Program-made: the position numbers and the translations under genes | Part shown: one piece after another, positions 1 through 12,100 of the stretch | How the letters are laid out: every line of letters begins with the position of its first letter | Numbering within the stretch: the first letter of the stretch is position 1 | The notes under the pieces: generated by a model | Told to the model about the DNA's origin: nothing | Databases searched by the model: none | Seen by the model: only the letters and a program-made list of their open reading frames with translations | Assembly: GCF_039654945.1 (NCBI RefSeq) | Contig: NW_027361738.1 | Location: forward strand, 77,314,001 to 77,378,000 | Direction: 5' to 3' | Source of the DNA: Dendrobates tinctorius | Taxonomy: Eukaryota | DNA length: 64,000 bases

Positions 1-430
1 AGGGGACACCGAGACTGCTGTATATACTTCACATAGGAGACACCGAGACTCCTATATATATTCATAATGTAGAACACACGGAAACTGCTATATATACATC
101 ACATAAGGGACACTGAGACTGCTACATATACTTCACATAGGTGACACCAAGACTCCTATATATATTCATCATATAGGAGACACATTGAGACTGCTGTATA
201 TATACAACATAAGGGACACCGAGACTGCTGTACTTACATCATATGTTACACTGAGTCTTCTGTATATACAGGACATAGGAGAAACTGCGAGTGATGAATA
301 TACATCACATATGATACACTGAGACTGCTGTATACATGATATAGGATACACCATGACTGCTGCATATACATCATATAGGAGACGCCGAGATTGCTATATA
401 CATTATATAGGAGATACCGAGCCTGCTGGA
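1..430. repeat. Degenerate minisatellite, ~36-40 bp unit (CATCACATAGGAGACACCGAGACTGCTGTATATA-like)
   Basis: About 11 diverged copies are directly visible. The array runs off the window start. Confidence 0.85.
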
Positions 431-911
431 ACACTTGAGCTGGAACATAGGAGAAGTTGAGATAGCAGGTGAAGGTAGAAGTGGCTTGTATGTTTGCATT
501 GTGGCAGTAGGGTTGTTGCAGATTACAACTCTTTTATGCATTTTTCTGAACTCCTTTGTGTTTATTTTATTTATGACCACATGAAAGTCCAGCAGGTACT
601 TTGATGTGGTCACAAATCAGATGAGAAGAACTCAGAAAACACAGACATGAGTTTTCAAACTCTCTACCAGGATCAGCTCACTGATGGATTCTCAGTTAAC
701 TCATTCTGTAGTTAGTAGTGTGAAAGAAAATAAATAGGCTGTAAAAGTCAAACTGTGCAAAATGTTTAATAAAACTGAATTACAAAACTTAGTTCAGTTA
801 CATGGAATATTACCTGACCCTTATTCATAAATTCCCCTGTGCGACTATATAATAATCTGGGTAGTTTGTGAAAAGATTAGATGCTGCTTTTATCTGCAAA
901 TAATGTATTAA

Positions 912-1635
912 CCCCTTAAGGACCAGGGGTATTTCCGTTTTTGCGTTTCCATTTTTTGCTCCCCTTCTTCCCGCAATCCATCAATATGGCCATGTGAGGG
1001 CTTGTTTTTTGCGGGACGAGTTGTAATTCTGCATGGCACCATTGATTTTACCATGTTGTGTTCTGGAAAACGGGAAGAAAAATCCAAATGCAGTGAAATT
1101 GCAAAAAAAATGCAATTCCGCAATTGCTTTTTGGATTTATTGATACCATTTTGGTGTGTGTATGATCTTTTGATCGCCCGTTATTGCATTGCAATGTTGC
1201 AGAGACCAAAAAAAATGTAATTCTGGCGTTTCGATTTTTTTTCTCGCTACGCTGGTTACAGATTGGATTAATTCTTTTCATATATTGATAGATTATGAAT
1301 GTGTATATATATTTTTTTTATTATTTTTTTATTTTGAATGGGGCGAATGGGGGTGATTTGAACTTTTAAATTTTTGTAATATTTTTAAAAACTTTTTTTT
1401 CTACTTTTTACTTGCTTCAATAGTCTCCATGGGAGGCTAGAAGCTAACATAATCCAATCGCTTGAGCTACATAGAGCAGGGCTCTTCCTGCACGTGCATG
1501 TTTAATGCCATGGGTAGATCGCGATTCCACCCGCGGCTGTTAGCGGCACATGACAGCTGATCAGATTGCCGGAGCCCGCACCAAACAGGGGGAGGCGTCC
1601 AATGTCAGATATATCTGTCATTGGACGTTAAGGGG
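912..1635. mobile_element. Non-autonomous piggyBac-like (TTAA) DNA element
   Basis: Starts TTAA|CCCCTTAAGGACC and ends GGACGTTAAGGGG|TTAT. These are inverted termini with a TTAA-type target site. No transposase ORF. Confidence 0.7.
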
Positions 1636-2744
1636 TTATGTGAGCAGTGCCAAGCACTGTTCATGTAGGTAGGTGGCGGGCCACCAGAGGATTTACCTGT
1701 GGGAGGCCCACCAGAGGATTTACCTGTTCTTCTGTGAGCCAGTCCACATCTGCATATAAAGATGCCATAGCATACAACTGCCCTGGCACTTTAACCGACT
1801 TTGCACCTACAAACACCTTTCTTGATTTAGTCCCATCCGTTCCCTGAATTCTCGCCTAAAGTGTATCGCCTCTGTTACAATTACATCTCATGCTAATATT
1901 TAATCTATAGGAAAGTAAATTCATTAGTAACGGAACAGAGAGTAAATGATCGATATCAGCCTCTGGATCTAGTGCTGACTCATGCTAAACTACAGCAGCT
2001 TTCATTAGGAGAATACTTACAACTTCATTGCAGTATGAGTAATAATAATCTCCATCCATGGAGCTAAACCAATTCTGCTCAGATGGATAATGCACACATC
2101 GATCTACTCAATTACTGCAAGATGGATGAAGAGTAGAGTTTCTTTTACTGAAGGGAGACATCTTGTGGCTGTAAGGAGTCTTTGACTTTAGACTACACAA
2201 TACGTGGACAGTATATAATGCAAAGTATACACTGTACTTCTGCATTCACAATAAATGTCAGAGCATATTGTAGTCACACTTGTTGGAGGAGTGACGTTTC
2301 TTGCACTACAGTGACCATTGTACATTTAGGGTCCTAGGAGGACACCTTTTCTGTGAGACTTCTCTTGTCAGTTTAATAGAAATTCCACTGAAATCTCCAA
2401 CTCTGCCCAATTTGTGCAACACATATCATCAGGAATGGAATACATAAAAAATGACGCAGTGTGTACCCATTGGTATCTCCTTTCATGAGAACATTGGGAA
2501 GTGTTTGGAAGCTGGAGAATGGGGAAATGCAATGTCTCCTGTGAATATGTCACACACCTGTCCAGGATCTGTGCTTTGCTTCTCTCACCCTGATCCGCTG
2601 AACTCTGTTGTGCTAGATGTTGGGCTTTGCAGGTATCCTGGTGTGCTTTCATGTGACCGTCTGCCTGGGCCTTTATAAAGCCTCCCAGGACACACACCTG
2701 TGTCTTGGTATTTAGACTTTTAGTGTTCCCGAGTCTTGTTTTTC

Positions 2745-3645
2745 TGCACCTTCCAGTACCTCTGCTACCTGATTCATGGTTTCGTTTTTGCTTGCAGCCT
2801 CCAATACCACAGCTATCTGTTTCCTAGTCTCCTGTTTTCCTGCAGCCTCCAGTACCTCAGCTATCTGCTTCCCAGTCTCATATTTCCTTGCAGAGTCCAG
2901 CATCTCTGCTATCTGCTTCTCAGTCTCCTATTTGCTTGCAACCTCCTGTACCTCTGCTCCTGCTTCATGGTCTCCTGTTTGCTTGCAGTCTCCAGTACCT
3001 CTGCTACCTGCTTCCCAGTCTCATGTTTGCTTGCAACCTCCAATACCTCTGCTACCTGCTTCCCAGTCTCCTGTTTGCTTGCATTCTCCAGTACCTCTGC
3101 TAACTGCTTCCTAGAATCCTGTTTGCATGCAACCTCTAGTACGTCTGCTATCTGCTCATAGTCTCCTGTTTTCCTGCAGCCTCCAGTATCTCTGCTACTT
3201 GCTTCCCAGTCTCCTATTTGCTTGCAGCCTCCAGCACCTCTGCTATCTGCTTCCCAGTCTCATGTTTGCTTGCATTCTCCAGTACCTCTGCTACCTGCTT
3301 CATGGTGTCCTTTGTGCTTGCAGCCTCCAGTACCTCGGCTATCTGCTTCCCAGTCTCCTATTTGCTTGCAGCCTCCAGTACCTCTGCTGCCTGCTTCATG
3401 GTCTCCTGTTTGTTTGCAGCCTCCAGTATCTCCTCTATCTGATTCCTAGTCTCCTTTTTTCCTGCAGCCTCCAGTACCTCTGCTACCTGCTTCATGGTCT
3501 CCTGTTTTCCTGCAGCCTCTGGTATCTCTCCTGCAGTCTCCAATACCTCTGCTATCTACTTCCCTGTCTCCTTTTTGCTTGCAGCCTCCAGTACCTCGGC
3601 TAAATGATTCCTAGTCTCCTGTTTTCCTCCAGCCTCCAGTATTTC
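2745..3645. repeat. 48-bp minisatellite (CTCCAGTACCTCTGCTACCTGCTTCCCAGTCTCCTGTTTGCTTGCAGC), ~18-19 copies
   Basis: Tandem units are directly visible and explain the repetitive 16-aa-period ORFs in several frames. Confidence 0.92.
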
Positions 3646-3659
3646 TGTGTGTTTAAGTG

Positions 3660-6445
3660 TTCTCTTAGCCTTCTTTTTTCCAAGCCTAATATTCACAGAT
3701 CCTTTAATCATTCCTCATAGGACATACTTTGCAGTCTGCTCACCATCCCTGTAGCTCTTCTCTGAACTTGCTCCAGTTTTTTAATGTCTTTTTTAAAATG
3801 TGGTGCCCAGAACTGGACACAGTATTCCAGATGAGGTCTGACCGAGGGGGGATAATTACATCACTTGATCTAGACTCTATGCTTCTCTTAATATATCCTA
3901 GAACAATGTTTGCCTTTTTTCTGCTGCATCACATTGTTGACTCATGTGCAGTCTGTGATCTACTGTATTAGTATAGCCAAGTCTTTTTCACATGTGCTGT
4001 TGCTTAGTTCTATTCCTTCCATTCTATAGATTAAATTTTCATGTGCATTCCCCGGATGTAGAATTTGCATTTCTCCCTGTTAAATACCATTCTATTAGTC
4101 TATTAGTCACTGCCCATTGTTCATGCATAATTAGATCCTTCTGAATCCTTTCTCTGTCTTTTAGTGTTAGCTATCCCTCCTAGCTTTGCATCATCTGAAA
4201 ATTTGATCAATTTACCTTCAGTTGCTTTATCTAGATCATTTCTTAAAATGTTAAACAACACTGGAGCCAGGACAAAGCCTTGTGGTACCCCACTTGAAAC
4301 ACTCTTTCAATTGGATGTGCAACCATTTATTACCACTCTTTGAGTACGATCACTGAGCCAGTTATGAATTCATCTAACCTAAGCCTTGTCAAATGTCAAT
4401 CCCATACTTGGTAATTTTTCGACAAGGTGGTATGAGATTCTTTATCAAATGCTTTGCTGAAGTCGAGATATACTATATCTACCACATTTTCCTGATCCAC
4501 CCAGTCAGTGATTATATCATAGAAGGAAATTAGATTAGTCTGGCATGACTTGTTTGCTACAAACGCCCATACTGACTCTGATTAATTACTGTATTCTTAT
4601 CCAAGTACTTACATACATGCTGTTTAATAATTTGCTCAAAGATCTTTCCTGCTAGAGAAGTAATGCTCCCTGGCCTATAATTTCCTGGCTCCATCTTTTT
4701 TCCTGTTTTGAAGATCGGGACAACATGCATGTTCCCTTTTACAATCTTCTGGGACTCCTGTTCTCCAGGATTTTTCAAAGATTCTGGCTAGTGGTTCTGC
4801 AATTTCCTCTGTTAACTCTTTCAGTACTCTAAGATCTAATTCATCTGGACCAGTAGACTAAAATTCATTTAAATTAGCTAAAAGTTCCCTCACCATTTTT
4901 CTGTTTATAGTGTGGTTTCATGGAGTTACCATGACAGTGTGGAGCCAGAAGACTGCAGCGTCTGATTGTTCCTACTCTGGTGCTGAGAAGAAGCACTTTT
5001 CTTTCATTTTAAATGTGTTTATTTCATCTGGCAGCACAGGGGTTAATCAGCCATATTAGAAATCCCTATGTTCACAGCTGAGCTCAGTTAGCCACTTCTT
5101 TCCCCTTTATAATCTGGGTTCTGCTACAAATCCTTGTCAGAGCAGGCATTTGCTGCATGGCTAATGGAGGGAGTGGAGTTCTTATGAGAGAGTTGAAGGA
5201 GTTATCTGTGACTGTTGTTTGGTTTGTAAGTGTGGTAATTCCCTATCCTTCTCTATTTTGGTTTATTCCCCTACCTCCATGCACCAGTGCATTCCTCTGT
5301 TATATGTGAGTGAATATTTTGTATGCCTGGAGTTTTCTGTTAACCCTTGATTATGTTGCCTTTTCGGGTTGGTGTACTACAGTGCACAGTAGCGCCCCCT
5401 CTTCCCTGGGTGGGGAAGAGGACAGACGGAGGGCTAATTCAAGAGTTAAGGCAAGGGTGGAGGCTCCGGCATCTTCAAGTTCAGAAGTATCCCGGGGAGT
5501 AGGGCAAGCTAGGGCACCCCCTATTGTTAGGGACTGGGAAGGAGCCCTTGGTCCCGGGTCACCCAATAGCTGTGTCGTGACATGTGGATTCTGTTATTCC
5601 TTTGATGGCGCCATGAAGATCAGTTGAAGTTACAATTTCTTTCTTAGAGAACACAGATACAAAATAGGAATTTAAAAATTTGTCCTTCTATGCAACATTT
5701 TGACCACTTCACCCTTTTCATCCTGTAAAAATCCTATAACATCTTTGACTTTTTTCTTTGCTTTTTCGCATACCTCCAAAATCCTTTTTTATTGCTTTTG
5801 GTCTCCCTTGAAAGCCTTACTTCATTACTGGCTTTAGCTCTTCTAACTCTTGCCCTGTATTCCAAGCAGACAGCATTATATTCTTCTTTAGATATGCCCC
5901 CTCTTTCCATTTGACATACATTTCTTTTTTTACTTTTTAACAAGTGATTAAGTTCTGTGCTCATCCATTCTTGTCTCTTTAAATGTTTCCAATTCTTCCT
6001 TGATTTTGGGATTGTTACTAATTGTGCAGTGAGAATTTGATGGAACACAGTCTCCCATCCTTCTTAGATATTTCTGTCCTTTAGAACATCCAGCCATTGG
6101 ACCTTTCCTATCTTTTCTGAGTCCATTAAAAACTGCCTTTCTGAAGTCCAACTTTAAAGTCTGAGTCCTCGCTGGTCTTCCTCCTCTTGTAATCCAAAAT
6201 TCGAGGATAGCATGATCGCTGCCTCCTAAATTCCCAGCCACCTTTACTTAATCAACAATTTCCCCCCTGTTGGTAAGAATTAGGTGTAACATTGCGGATC
6301 CCCTTATTTTCTCTTCTACCTTTTGAAAGATAACGTTGTCAGCAAGAGAGAATAAGAATTTTCTGGACCCATTACTTTTCCTTGAAAGAGATTCCCAACA
6401 AATATCTGGATAGTTAAAATCCCCCATCATCACTTTGTCATACTT
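3660..6445 (-). mobile_element. CR1 LINE ORF2 fragment (endonuclease end to RT), degenerate, interrupted by a solo LTR
   Basis: Minus-strand peptides MGDFNYPDICW, GGSDHAILEF and VPIFKTGKKMEPGNYRP are CR1 ORF2 motifs. 3700-4100 is homologous to the CR1 3' end at 63540-63960. Confidence 0.9.
4916..5582 (+). mobile_element. Solo LTR inserted in CR1
   Basis: Termini T(T)TCATG...CGTGACA flanked by the 5-bp direct repeat TGTGG (4911-4915 and 5583-5587). CR1 sequence is continuous across the insertion. Confidence 0.8.
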
Positions 6446-8509
6446 TCTTGCCTGGTCTGCCTGCCCCTAATGCCGGCCCTGATAATAGGGTCTGTCTAGA
6501 CCCAGCATATATAAGTTGAGCCAGGAAGGGTTGAAAAAAAATAAAAGATTATCCTCCCCTATCCTAGGCTACTCCTCATCTGTCCTGCCGCCATAGCTCC
6601 CCAGCAAGTGATCTGCTCACTTCCAACTTGTCTTCATCTTCGGTCCAGATATTCTGACGCTAACTAGGCCTTAAGTGGGGTGCAATCCACATCAATTATG
6701 TCAATTACAGGGGTGTAAGTATAATAGATGCAGGGGTTGAAATCGCACCCATGCCCTAGTGATAAGGGGGGTCCCAAAGGTCCCTTTGATCCATATGAAA
6801 AGACTATAACTATTAAACAAAATGTGTTGGTTAAGGATCCCATTGGAGAATTTCCATTGGGGCCCACTAATTTCAAGTTACTTCACTGGTCAATGACGTT
6901 CATCATGCCCAAAGTGACCACGTGAGGTCTAGACCGCAACAGAAGATCCAGACCGAAGACCAATCTGAAGACCTATCCAAGACCTAACAAGAGGACTGTG
7001 TTGGGAGCTGAGGTCGCAGGATAGATGAGGAGTAACTCTTGACAGGTGAATATAATCTTTCTTTATTTTTTTTAACCCCATTACAACAACAAAAATTTAG
7101 CAAAATGGATGCTGGCTGGTCGCTTTTTTGCTGGATTTTTGCAAATCGAATGTCAGAAAAAAATTGGGGAAATTCGAAAGACAAATTCGATTTGGCATGA
7201 ATCAACTCACCCATGTCTACACCACTGTTTTGCGATTGCCCCTCATGAGCAATAAGTAAAGTTTTGTATGACATCGTGGGATGTCATGCAGATTACCCCT
7301 ATATAAGATAGTGATGCTGGATTGCTGTTAGGATATTCACTATCATCTTAATGACCAAAATAGAGAAACTAAAGTCCCACTTGGGTAGTCTAGGAACAGC
7401 CCCAAAACATCTAAGACCTCATTTCACCAGACAGTTGTTCACTGCCGTGACCTAATCTTTTCTTACAAAAAAAAAAAGAAAAAAAAAGAAACACATGGAA
7501 TAATTCATTTTGAAACCTACGGCAGAAAATTTGATCCATTACGCAGGACAATTACTTCTACAAGATAAAATACGAAGTAAATGAAAGCGTTTGCACATAA
7601 TTACTTAACCTAGCAAAATTATCTTAAAGGGCATTCACTCAAACAGCTCAACAATGAAGCCATTAGAAATGAAACACAAAATACATAATTGACCTATAAT
7701 TCATTACAAACATAATTACCACAGTGTTATTCATTGTACTTCCCGAGCGGAGAGGAGAATGAATTCCCAAGTCTGAGGACAATTCATTGAATGCTGCAGA
7801 ATAATTTTGCTCCCTTTAGACGGAGATTTAGAGGATTTGTTCCTATACATTATCATTATCAATCATCATCATAACAATTATTCTAAATTATATAATTCGA
7901 TAACAGACAAATATGTTTAGCTTTTATGTGTTCATCAGCAGAACTAAAGCATCATAAATATCCGGAACTTTCGATAATTATTAGCCACATACACACAGCT
8001 CTAATAATTCTGACATGCAATTAAATAGGGCTGTCTTACTTTTTTTTCCATCAGGGTTCATATAAATATGATAGGAAAGCCTTTTGTCATGCTCCATCAG
8101 ATTCCGCATTTATAAAGGTGTCACGCACCTGTCTCTACTCCAGGGGTGAGCTTTATTCCCTTCCACTATGGCCGCCGGCCTTTGCTGTGCTCCTTGTGAG
8201 GATCTACAAATTTACAAATTCTGTACACTATGTGTCCATGAAGCTGCACTATTGCTACACACGTAAAAAATGTAAGGTGCTTAGTTAACTTTTTTTTTTA
8301 TCAAAAAGTACAAAAGCCATCCAACCACGTCGGGGTATACCTAAATATGGATGGTCTCTCTCATCTCGCCCTCATCTGGACTGGAGAAGTAAAAAGATAC
8401 TAGACATAGCTCGTCATTAAAATTTTGTCTGGAAAAGATGGGTGAATTAGGGTGCTAAGACAACCCCTCCATTTTAAAGTATATATTTTGAGGTATGGTG
8501 CCCTATATA

Positions 8510-8718
8510 TATAGTCATTTTTTACATTTTAAAAATTGCAGAAAGGAAAGTGGGCTGATGCAAAAGTTTTGACACCCTAGGGGATTTGTGTGTTCAGATA
8601 ACTTTAACCAAGGTTTCAGACTTTAATTAGCCTGTTAGAGTTGTGGCTTGTTTACTGTCATTGTTAGGAAAGGCCAGATGATGCAAATTTCCCAGCTTTG
8701 TAAAATCCCAGCCTCCAC
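8510..8718 (+). mobile_element. Tc1-like transposon, left part (5' UTR) split by the LTR nest
   Basis: Contains the TGCAAAAGTTTTGACACCCT Tc1-type motif. It ends ...CCCAGCCTCC, which rejoins CTCCTCTAAC at 23259 just upstream of the transposase start. Confidence 0.65.
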
Positions 8719-9763
8719 TGTTGTGAACTTATTTTCTAGTCTGCCTCTGGTTTCTGGTGAGGGAACTGTTTGTGCTGACAGAGGAGTTTTGAGTTCTCTT
8801 TCTGAGTTCCCTCTGGTGGTGGCAGGAGGTAATGAAGCTGATCTAATTAACAGAGACCTGCCACCTGATAATGAGGATGAGGATTGGACATCTGGAGTCT
8901 TAGACTGGATTTAATACAGCCGACTCCCTATTCCCACGCCGGTGATTTTTTCCTGCCTCCTGAGGTCTTAGTTTCCAGCTCAGTTCCTGCCTTCTCAAGC
9001 TAAGTTGTCTCTGCTAATGTTCACATTTGATTTGGCTTGGTCTATTCAGTTATTTGTGTGGTCAGCCAGCCCCAGCTGGGGCTGTGCTGAATTTCCACTC
9101 TTATGATACTGTATGTGCCAGTTTGCTTTTTGTCCCTGATTAAATTGGCCTCTTTTTGCTCTGTTCTCAGAATATGCCAGAGTGCTGATATAGTGGGTGA
9201 AGTCTATTGACTTCAGGGGTTTTTTTGCTATCAGAAGTATTGGACATTTTTGCAGGGTTTTTTGGCGTGATTGCAGACAGTATATTTCCTTTCCTCTCCT
9301 TTCTAGTTAGTGTGGGCCCCATCGTTTGCTCAGCCTATTCTCCTACCTGTGTTTGTGCTTTCATCTTGTCTCACCGACAATATATGTTTGGGGGCTATCT
9401 ATTCCTTTGGGGTCTGCTCTGGGGCAGTGTAGATTTCCCATTTTCTTGCTTTCGTCTTATTTAGTCCTCCGGCTGTGACGAGGCGTCTAGAATGATCGTA
9501 GGTACGCTCCACGGCTGCTGTTAGTTGTGTGTTTAGGATCAGGGGTTTGCAATCCACATAGTTACCAACCTCTCTGGTTTTCTGTGACTTAGCTTGGTTT
9601 TGTTTTCCTCCTCGGTGACCCAATCATAACAGAATCACCAGCCTTACCGCAGATTCTAGGGTACTCAAAAGCAGGAAAGAATTGTTAAAAAAAAAAAAAG
9701 TGTCAGAATTTTTTTTTTAATATGTATTTTTCCTCTTTTTCTCTGGGGCCATAGGAGGATTTT

Positions 9764-10450
9764 TTGCTAATGGAGATTAAGCAATTGTCTGATTGTGTGG
9801 AGCAGCTCACTGCTGAAGTGCGGGGAATTGCCACCTATCTCACTCAGTCACATGCTGTTGAACCAAAGATCCCTACTCCTGATGTGTTTTCTGGGGATCG
9901 GTCTAAATTTTTGAATTCTAAGAATAATTGTAAATTATTTCTTGCCTTGAAGCCTAACTCATCAGGGAGCTCTGTGCAGCAGGTTAAAATTGTCATCTCC
10001 TTGCTGCGCTGCGATCCCCAGGATTGTGCTTTTTCTCTGACACCTGAAAATCCTATTCTGACTAATGTGGATGCATTTTTTCAAGCCTTGGGGTTGTTGT
10101 ATGATGAACCTAATGTTGTTGATCAAGCTGAGAAAACCCTGTTGCAATTGAAACAGGGTCAGGATTCTGCAGAGTTATACTGTCAAAAATTCCAAAAGTG
10201 GGCGGTCCTTACTACATGGAATGATGGTGTCTTGGCAGCTCTCTTTCGGAAGGGTTTATCAGAGACCGTAAAAGATGTTATGGTGGGTTTTCGTGTTCCC
10301 TCTGGTCTTGATGATTCTATGTGATTAGCCATTCAAGTTGATTGGCATTTATGTGAATGTAAAACTACACGAGAGGTGTTGCCACCTTTTGAACAAACGT
10401 CTGAACCTATGCAATGTGATAGGGTTTTGTCTAGGGCGCAATGTCAGAAG
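9764..10450 (+). pseudogene. Sushi/PEG10-like gag of element A (premature stop at ~10324, C-terminus deleted)
   Basis: EPKIPTPDVFSGDRSKF, LKQGQDSAELYCQKF and downstream EPMQCD align by eye with the gag at 38147-39004. Confidence 0.88.
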
Positions 10451-12100
10451 TGGACACTTCTGCTAAACGACAAAGCAATGACGCAAGCGCAATGTCGGAC
10501 GCTAGCAGCTGTGGATGTTGCAAGAGAGGAGCACTGTCGCTGATTCTAACTCAGTCCCTAACCACATATGCAATATCAGAGGGAAGGGGTTTCATAATGA
10601 GTCATTCACCAGAATCATATGGGTCGCCCTCCCAGGGCTGTGGGGTACTCGGTACCGGGCCGGTATCAGTGGGATGTGTCACAGTGTCGGTGACCCGGAC
10701 CGTGGCCCTGGGCGCCCAAGTAAATAAGAAGATGTGAATGTTATTAAATGAATAGTTTGTGACGCCACCTGTGGTGTTCGGCAAGGGAGGTGTTAAGCCG
10801 ACGCTGCAGACAGATCCTCTGGGACAGATGGTGTGGTGCAACAAGGATGGTATAGCCCTCCACAGGCAGGGCTGTTCTTCCAGTACAGTGTAGATGTGGA
10901 GACACTTAGATGGTGTAGTGTCCGGCGCAGGGGATGTAGCAGTGCCAGGCGGATGGACGCAGGAAGGAATGGAGGACACCAGGGCATGTAGTTCCAAAGC
11001 TTTACTCACAGTCTGTAGTGCCCGCTTCTGTGCCGTGTCCTCCGGGTCAGGGACTCAGTCAACCTCCAGGCAAGATGGAATGCTCCCTTCCACACTCCGC
11101 CAACTTATGTGCCTTTTCTGAACGTCTACTCTATAGCTCCTTAAGTGTGAAGATCTCCTAGTACTGTGTTACACTGGAGTTCCTCCTGACAGATGTTCCC
11201 AAGAACTCTACTTGTACGGCAGACAGCTGTAGCCTGCTTCGGGCACTCTCTACTCCTAAGTCCCGGCTCTCTATCCGTGTTGCTGTTGTGCCCTCAAGTC
11301 TTAGATGGGAGTAGTACACTTACAGCTCACTACTCCACCGGTGTCTGCTGCAGAACCATTAGTGTCCATACAACCTCGGGGACCGGTCCCCGGCCTTGCG
11401 CTTAGAACTTCTAGGCAGGGTTATTCCTCTAACCCATGTCCTCTGTGTTCCCTTTTACTCCTACGTTCCGTACTTGTCCTTTCTCTTCTATGGAAGCTCA
11501 GGCTTCAGTTCAATGTCTTTCTCCTTCTCTCCTTTCCCGTGCCAGCTGGCTCAGATCACTGAGGCAGCTGCAGCACTCCTTCCTCCATCCCTCTTCCAGG
11601 GATCCCCACTCCTCCCGAGTGGCTTCCTCTCTCACTGACCTCCAGTCAGACTGACATGTCATCCTAAACCATCCCGCTCATATATATATATATATATTCT
11701 GAACTCCACCCACCTCCCAGCATCTCTAGTGTTCCAAGCAGGGAACCGCCAAAGGTGCTCTGCCTCTCTCTAAGCAAGGAGCCGCAATGTGGTTTTGCTG
11801 AACTACTCTATTGTGTGGGGTGCGAGTGTTGGAGCATGGTCAGGAGCCTCCACCTTACCTGGATGAGGTGCAGTACCTCTGTGGCGACTGAGCCTCAGGG
11901 CGCCACATACCCCCCTGTTAAACACAGCACGTCCGCGGGCTGCAAGGCAAACAAAGTTGACAGTACAGGAACATACAAATTTTTATAATCATTGTTACAG
12001 AACCACTCAGCAGTGTTGTGCAGTTATATGTATATATAATAGGTTCCATGTGAGATGCATGTCCCTAATGTATCAGCAGTGTCCGCCCTCCCCCCACGTT

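Noticed and set aside
10441-11654. ORFs repeated at 10.4-11.6 kb, 16-17.3 kb, 37.6-38 kb and 42.5-42.8 kb as duplicated genes
   Set aside because: They are incidental frames within LTR copies and have no recognisable protein motifs.
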